DNA of 13,762 nucleotides from a bacterium (GTDB lineage: Bacteria; CALINM01). Below, piece by piece: positions 9,406 to 13,762 of this stretch (position 1 is its first letter; each line of letters begins with the position of its first letter). Where the stretch lies: contig JBEQAF010000051.1 in NCBI GenBank assembly GCA_041640455.1, positions 1,840 through 15,601 of the forward strand, read 5' to 3'. Below the pieces are notes generated by a model that worked only from the letters and a program-made list of their open reading frames with translations, did not search any database and was not told the DNA's origin. A program made the translations under genes and the position numbers.

Positions 9406-9434
9406 ATTATAATTTTTGAAAACATTAAATTCAA
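9406..9434 (-). promoter_or_regulatory. Sigma70-type promoter for the leftward CxxC peptide operon, probably giving a leaderless mRNA
   Basis: Minus strand: TTGAAT (9434-9429), 17-nt spacer, TATAAT (9411-9406), then 6 nt to ATG 9399. No Shine-Dalgarno sequence. Confidence 0.65.
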
Positions 9435-9470
9435 GGCAAATTTTAATTTTTAGTAAAAGTTGTTTCATTT

Positions 9471-9552
9471 TCTAATAATTTGTTTCAAATAATGTTAAAT
9501 GATAAGTTTATGATTTTAAAAATTTTTTTCCAAATCTCTAATAATTTGTTTC
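9471..9552. repeat. Exact 16-bp direct repeat TCTAATAATTTGTTTC, a candidate activator-binding site
   Basis: Copies at 9471-9486 and 9537-9552 (66-bp period). A third TTGTTTC core lies at 9460-9466. Confidence 0.8.
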
Positions 9553-9554
9553 GT

Positions 9555-9584
9555 TTTTAATTTAAATGTAACATTTAATTAAAA
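9555..9584. repeat. Inverted repeat centred on TTAAATGT-A-ACATTTAA
   Basis: Perfect 8-bp arms at 9562-9569 and 9571-9578, extendable to TTTTAATTTAAATGT-A-ACATTTAATTAAAA with a one-base bulge. Confidence 0.6.
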
Positions 9585-9609
9585 TTTTTAATATTTAAAA
9601 TTTTAATAA

Positions 9610-9622
9610 TTTCAACAACTTA
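9610..9622 (+). promoter_or_regulatory. IHF-like binding site
   Basis: TTTCAACAACTTA has one mismatch to WATCAANNNNTTR. It is preceded by an A/T tract and lies just upstream of the sigma54-like element. Confidence 0.5.
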
Positions 9623-9635
9623 ATGAAAGAAAAAT

Positions 9636-9652
9636 TTGGCATCAAAATTGTT
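9636..9652 (+). promoter_or_regulatory. Sigma54 (RpoN)-type -24/-12 promoter
   Basis: TTGGCATCAAAATTGTT: GG (9638-9639), 10 nt, then GT (9650-9651). Matches TGGCACN5TTGC except T for C after TGGCA and GT for GC at -12. Lies about 35 nt upstream of ATG 9686. Confidence 0.6.
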
Positions 9653-9685
9653 TAAATAACTGAAAAAAAAAGAGGAGGTGTGAAA

Positions 9686-10017
9686 ATGAGGAAAGTTTTT
9701 TTAATGTTGGTGGTATTAAGTTTTGCCGTGTCAGCCTTTGCTATTGATCTTACTAAGGGTGATGCAAAGAAAGGGAAAGATCTTTACAGGGAAAACTGCA
9801 AAAGCTGTCATGATGGAAGTAAAGGGAAAAGGTTACACCCATGAGCAAGACTATGGCACAGTGGAAAAGATTTTTTGACAATGATATGGCAAGGCTAAAA
9901 GAGAAACATTCTGGAAGTGATATGTTCAAAAGCATCAGCAATGAGGACTTTGAACATATCTACAGATTTATTCAGGAAGGGGCTCTTGATTCAGAACAGC
10001 CTCAGACCTGTGATTAG
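9686..10017 (+). pseudogene. Monoheme cytochrome c (about 110 aa) interrupted by a 1-nt frameshift (sequence error, pseudogene or recoding); absent from the ORF track
   Basis: GAGGAGG RBS, then MRKVFLMLVVLSFAVSAFA-IDLTKGDAKKGKDLYRENCKSCHDGSKGK, which stops at TGA 9842-9844. The -1 frame continues KVTPMSKTMAQWKRFFDND…EDFEHIYRFIQEGALDSEQPQTCD to TAG 10015-10017. One extra base in GGGAAAAG restores a single ORF. Confidence 0.85.
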
Positions 10018-10074
10018 AAAGGCAAACATATATCTCAGGACAAAGGTATTTAAAATTCCGAAGGGGGTAAGTAG

Positions 10075-11931
10075 ATGAAGAGGTTTTTTATATTTTTATC
10101 AATGTTTTTAATGCTTGCGGTGACCAGCGTGTTTGCCCAGCAACCAGGCTACGAGGATCTGCTAAAACAGATTAAAGAGTTAAAAACTCAGGTAGAAGAG
10201 CTGGATGAGCGCATCTCTGCCACAGAAAAACATACCGTTCTCGACAAGGTAAATCTTAATATTGATTTCAGGACCCAGGCAATAGCTGCCCATTACAAAG
10301 ATGTAAGAGGGTTACCTGAATGGGGAAATGCCATGCTTCAGCTCTGGGCTTTTGATAGACTGGCTGTAGATGGAAAAAGTATAGGTGGAAACCCTTTGCC
10401 GCCTACCAGCAGCGGATATACATTTAATCCAGCATTTCTGCAAAAATATGGAGCCACCTTGCAACCAATGTTTCCAGCCATGGTTTCAATGGGATTTGTT
10501 GATGGTGGAGCTTTCTTAGATATGAACAGCAACAATGCTTTTGATTCTAACGTAGACCTGCCTATTTTAGGTTTTAACAGCCTTGGAAAGCCCCATTTTA
10601 CAGGTATCTTCGGTGCAGCTGATCTTGCAAAATATCAGGGGATGTTTAAAAGTGTTTCTCCAGAGAAGTACAATTCAAACAACGATATTATGTTTACAAA
10701 CAGATTAAGGATTAATCTGGATTCTAAGTTCAATGACCAGCTATCCTTTTCAGGCAGGCTTGCCATGTATAAGACCTGGGCTGACTCTTCAGGTGTAAAA
10801 TTTTACAATGGTAACATGAATACCATGAAGATGGACGGAAATGATGTCTCAGTTCCAACCGATGATCTATTAAAGGTAGAAAGAGCCTATTTTGTTTACA
10901 AGAACAGATGGGGTAAGGTAGACTGGCATCTTTCTTTCGGTAGAAGACCTGCCACATCAGGACCACCTCTTGAGTTAAAGGATCATTCTGAGGTGGGCGG
11001 ATCTCCGCTGGCTCATATAATTAACTGGCAGTTTGATGGTGCATCATGGGGATTTGAACTGGAAGAGCTTACAAAGATTCCAGGCGCATCTTTTAAACTC
11101 TGCTACGGTGTTGGATTTGAGAGCGGCTTTGGCAACTCCTATTCGCTTTCAGCCAACAATAATGTTAAAGATGTTCACATGTTTGGATTTATTGCCAAGC
11201 TATATGACGACAAATCCACAAAGGCAATGATTAACTACGCCCATGCCTTTGATATTACCGATGGCTTTACAGGCACAGTAATTATGCCTTTTACCATCAA
11301 TGCCCTTGATATCAATAATGATGGAGTTTTTGACGAATACTATCTCAACCCAAACTGGGGCGGATATGTTTCGAGAATGCAGCCTACCGCTAATATAGGC
11401 TCTATGGATATGGCAAATATTCTCTTCCAGTCAAAGGTTAAAAATGTAAGCTATTTTGTATCTGCAGCCATAAGCAATACCAACCCCGATGGTAGATCAA
11501 TGAATCCTATGATGCAGTTCATGGGACAGGATGCTCTTTTAAATAATGACGGAGAGCAGAAATCAAGAACAGGATACTCTATTTGGGCTGGTATAAAGGC
11601 TCCTTTAGCCCCCACAAAGGGATTCCTTGGGCTTGAATATAATCATGGTTCAAAATACTGGCTTAACTTTACAGGTGCAGAGGATAACGTAGTAGCATCT
11701 AAGATTGCTGTGAGAGGAGATGTTTATGAGGTTTATTACATTCAGCCTATAATGGGTAAAAACAACTTTTTCTTAACACTCGGAGCTCAGCTATATGATT
11801 ATGATTACACAAATAGCGGAAATCCTTTAGGTGCACCAAAGAAGATATCTGATGCAACTGCACTTGATAGCCTTATGCCAGTTGTGGACAAAATAAATGT
11901 CTATTATGCCTCAGTAACTTACAGGTTTTAG
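10075..11931 (+). CDS. Outer-membrane beta-barrel (porin-like) protein, DUF3373-like
   Basis: Sec signal (…TSVFA-Q), N-terminal coiled coil (LLKQIKELKTQVEELDERI), TNRLR, GRLAMYKTW, VERAYF, SFGRRP..GPP, GLEYNHGSKYW, RGDVYEVYY and C-terminal aromatic barrel signature YASVTYRF. Confidence 0.8.
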   Translation: MKRFFIFLSMFLMLAVTSVFAQQPGYEDLLKQIKELKTQVEELDERISATEKHTVLDKVNLNIDFRTQAIAAHYKDVRGLPEWGNAMLQLWAFDRLAVDGKSIGGNPLPPTSSGYTFNPAFLQKYGATLQPMFPAMVSMGFVDGGAFLDMNSNNAFDSNVDLPILGFNSLGKPHFTGIFGAADLAKYQGMFKSVSPEKYNSNNDIMFTNRLRINLDSKFNDQLSFSGRLAMYKTWADSSGVKFYNGNMNTMKMDGNDVSVPTDDLLKVERAYFVYKNRWGKVDWHLSFGRRPATSGPPLELKDHSEVGGSPLAHIINWQFDGASWGFELEELTKIPGASFKLCYGVGFESGFGNSYSLSANNNVKDVHMFGFIAKLYDDKSTKAMINYAHAFDITDGFTGTVIMPFTINALDINNDGVFDEYYLNPNWGGYVSRMQPTANIGSMDMANILFQSKVKNVSYFVSAAISNTNPDGRSMNPMMQFMGQDALLNNDGEQKSRTGYSIWAGIKAPLAPTKGFLGLEYNHGSKYWLNFTGAEDNVVASKIAVRGDVYEVYYIQPIMGKNNFFLTLGAQLYDYDYTNSGNPLGAPKKISDATALDSLMPVVDKINVYYASVTYRF

Positions 11932-11982
11932 GTGAGGGTTTTTATATTTAATTTTTGAGCAGATAAAATTGGAGGTACTTTT

Positions 11983-13404
11983 ATGAAAAAGATTTTAATG
12001 ATTTCGCTGATAATACTTGCTGTAGTGGGCATAGCAGTAGCCCAGCGCACCAGCGAAGGTGTTTATCAGGAACATGGAGAAAACCCTCACGAAGGTTATA
12101 TAAAAAGCTTTGAGGGGACAAAAACATGCCTGAAATGTCATGAAAAAGAAGCAAAGGATGTGTTTCACAGCACCCATTATCAGTGGAAGACTGACACTCC
12201 AGATGTTATAGGTGCCTCAGGTAAAAAACTTGGCAAAATCAATGTTATTAATGACTTTTGCACAGGTGCATGGATTAACTGGATTTTTGATGTAAGAAAT
12301 AAGGGAGGGAAGATTGTAACAAACGGCTGTTCAAAATGCCATGCAGGATTAGGTCTTATGCCTTCTGAAACACTATCTCAGGAACAGCTTGAAAATATTG
12401 ATTGTATGATATGTCACGCCCCTGGATACAACAGAAAGGTGGTTTCTGATAACGGAAAACTTAAATGGGTGCCCATAGATGAAAAGGACATTCTTACAGT
12501 AAGGGCACAAAATGTTCAGAAACCCAAAAAGGGCATGTGCTTGCGCTGTCATGCAGGTGCGGGCGGTGGCTTCAACTACAAGAGGGGTGATATTGAGGCA
12601 GCCATGGTGAAGGCAGATCGAGATATGGATGTTCATTTAGGTTCCGGATTGAACTGCATAGACTGCCATAAATCGGAAAATCACAGGATTTCTGGAAGAG
12701 GCTCTGACCTTGCAGGTACTGACAATATAACACATAAACCTTCCTGTGATACAGCAGAGTGTCACGGTAACAAGCCTCATAAAAACGAATTGATAAACAA
12801 GCATGCACTTACAGTCTATTGTACAGTTTGTCACATCACGGAATTTGCAAAGAAAGAGGCAACTGATATGGAAAGAGACTGGAGCAGACTGGAATATCTG
12901 AAAGATGCAGACAAATATGAACCAGAAATAAAGTTTGAAAAAAATGTTAAACCTGTTTATGCCTGGTGGAACGGTAAATCTTTTATCCATGACCCTGAAA
13001 AAGCTGTAGATATTGTACAGGGGACAGTTACTATGGCAGGTCCCTGTGGAGGAATAAAAGATCCTAATTCAAGAATTTATGCTTACAAGCTTCATAGAGC
13101 AAAGCTACCTATTGATCCTGAAACTACAAGGCTAATTCCTGTAGCAACCGATATAGCCTTTTTAGAAGGCAATATTGATAAGGCTATAAAGGAAGGAGCA
13201 AAAAGGGCATTTAACAAAGAACTGAAAAAATATGAATTTGTAGAAACAGAAAGATATATGGGGATCTTCCATGGTGTGTCACCTAAGGAAAAGGCGCTTA
13301 AATGCAATGACTGCCATTCAGAGAAAGGGAGAATGGACTTTAAGGCTCTGGGATATAAAGCTGATCCTATGAAAACAGGTGGCAGATTCAGCAAAAAGAA
13401 TTAG
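11983..13404 (+). CDS. otr: Octaheme c-type cytochrome of the tetrathionate reductase (OTR) family
   Basis: Signal peptide. Seven CxxCH motifs (CLKCH, CSKCH, CMICH, CLRCH, CIDCH, CTVCH, CNDCH) plus one CX4CH (CDTAECH). OTR-type H..W…GK...INDFC before heme 2, KRGD, P.Y.WWNG, HGVSPKEKALKC..CH and GRMDF.ALGY. GGAGG RBS at 11971-11975. Confidence 0.75.
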   Translation: MKKILMISLIILAVVGIAVAQRTSEGVYQEHGENPHEGYIKSFEGTKTCLKCHEKEAKDVFHSTHYQWKTDTPDVIGASGKKLGKINVINDFCTGAWINWIFDVRNKGGKIVTNGCSKCHAGLGLMPSETLSQEQLENIDCMICHAPGYNRKVVSDNGKLKWVPIDEKDILTVRAQNVQKPKKGMCLRCHAGAGGGFNYKRGDIEAAMVKADRDMDVHLGSGLNCIDCHKSENHRISGRGSDLAGTDNITHKPSCDTAECHGNKPHKNELINKHALTVYCTVCHITEFAKKEATDMERDWSRLEYLKDADKYEPEIKFEKNVKPVYAWWNGKSFIHDPEKAVDIVQGTVTMAGPCGGIKDPNSRIYAYKLHRAKLPIDPETTRLIPVATDIAFLEGNIDKAIKEGAKRAFNKELKKYEFVETERYMGIFHGVSPKEKALKCNDCHSEKGRMDFKALGYKADPMKTGGRFSKKN

Positions 13405-13414
13405 TTAATTTAAC

Positions 13415-13438
13415 TACCCCGGGCAACTGCCCGGGGTA
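13415..13438. terminator. GC-rich hairpin between convergent genes, possibly a bidirectional terminator
   Basis: TACCCCGGGC-AACT-GCCCGGGGTA: a perfect 10-bp stem with a 4-nt loop between the stops at 13404 and 13443. The flanks are AT-rich but lack a clean U-tract. Confidence 0.7.
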
Positions 13439-13442
13439 AATA

Positions 13443-13762
13443 TTACAAACCAATAGATTGAAATTCATTATAGCAATTGTTAGTCTCCTGCAAAACAGAC
13501 AACCTCGCATCGTTTAGATAGCTGAAATTTTCACATACCAGATCTAAAAGATGCTTATCATAGACGTCATTTTTTGCCATGTTTTGAAATATTTTTATAG
13601 CATCTCGTTCAGCTATTGAGCTTTTATAGGGTCTTGTCTCAGTAATGGCTGTAAATATGTCTGCAACGCTTATTATCCTTGCTTCCTGAGATAGATCTTC
13701 TGCTCTTAGATGAAAGGGGTAACCTTTCCCGTCAAGCCTTTCGTGATGATATCCAGCCCAAC
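13443..13762 (-). CDS. HD-GYP domain protein (putative c-di-GMP phosphodiesterase), 3' end only; absent from the ORF track
   Basis: Minus-strand translation WAGYHHERLDGKGYPFHLRAEDLSQEARIISVADIFTAITETRPYK…QSIGL*, stop at 13443-13445. Confidence 0.9.
   Translation of the reverse strand, partial: WAGYHHERLDGKGYPFHLRAEDLSQEARIISVADIFTAITETRPYKSSIAERDAIKIFQNMAKNDVYDKHLLDLVCENFSYLNDARLSVLQETNNCYNEFQSIGL

Noticed and set aside
9400..9468. N-terminal extension of the CxxC peptide ORF (68-aa call)
   Set aside because: It runs through a well-spaced -35/-10 promoter and is AT-rich with no RBS.
9460..9552. Mini-CRISPR or transposon-end interpretation of the 16-bp repeats
   Set aside because: There are only two full copies, they are too short for CRISPR repeats, and no cas or transposase genes are in the window.
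9663..9671. A9 tract as a phase-variation switch
   Set aside because: It lies in the putative 5' leader, outside both the promoter spacer and the coding sequence, and A/T runs are common in this DNA.
9821..9832. Canonical programmed -1 frameshift heptamer G_GGA_AAA
   Set aside because: GGGAAAA is present but out of phase with the translated codons (AAA GGG AAA AGG). No obvious downstream stimulatory structure is seen, and the A4 run is short for transcriptional slippage.
9842..9898. Selenocysteine readthrough of the TGA in the small cytochrome gene
   Set aside because: Readthrough gives only ARLWHSGKDFLTMIWQG before a TAA. I see no SECIS-like hairpin, and the cytochrome-like continuation is in a different frame.
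9841..10017. Independent 58-aa gene starting at ATG 9841
   Set aside because: It has no signal peptide and only a weak RBS, and it reads as the C-terminal half of the upstream cytochrome.
373..13394. Short alternative-frame and antisense ORFs in the track (e.g. 373-588, 701-1000, 3442-3702, 4258-4545, 9753-9941, 12637-12990, 13092-13394)
   Set aside because: All overlap well-supported genes and show no recognisable motifs, so they are treated as shadow ORFs.
11983..13404. NrfA/ONR nitrite reductase or hydroxylamine oxidoreductase assignment
   Set aside because: There is no CxxCK motif, and the heme spacing and GK…INDFC signature fit the OTR family better.

Overview
AT-rich bacterial chromosomal window, probably from an anaerobe that uses the siroheme-dependent (Ahb) heme pathway (inference). 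The left half (1-7465, + strand) is largely housekeeping: 3' part of an AhbD-like radical SAM/SPASM enzyme, a TPR/HEAT-repeat lipoprotein, then an alaC-like aminotransferase, hom, thrC, a PhoU-like protein and an AcuC-type deacetylase. The right half is a divergently transcribed redox locus. Leftward: a small CxxC membrane peptide, a NapH/MauN-like polyferredoxin membrane protein, a TlpA-type thioredoxin lipoprotein and a TsdA/SoxA-like monoheme cytochrome. Rightward: a monoheme cytochrome c that the ORF track missed because of a 1-nt frameshift, a DUF3373-like outer-membrane barrel and an octaheme tetrathionate reductase (OTR)-family cytochrome. The intergenic region between them shows a sigma54-type promoter, an IHF-like site, 16-bp direct repeats, a long inverted repeat and a likely leaderless sigma70 promoter. 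A GC-rich hairpin and the 3' end of a convergent HD-GYP gene close the window. I saw no RNA genes, CRISPR arrays or mobile elements. All family assignments come from motif recognition, not database searches.
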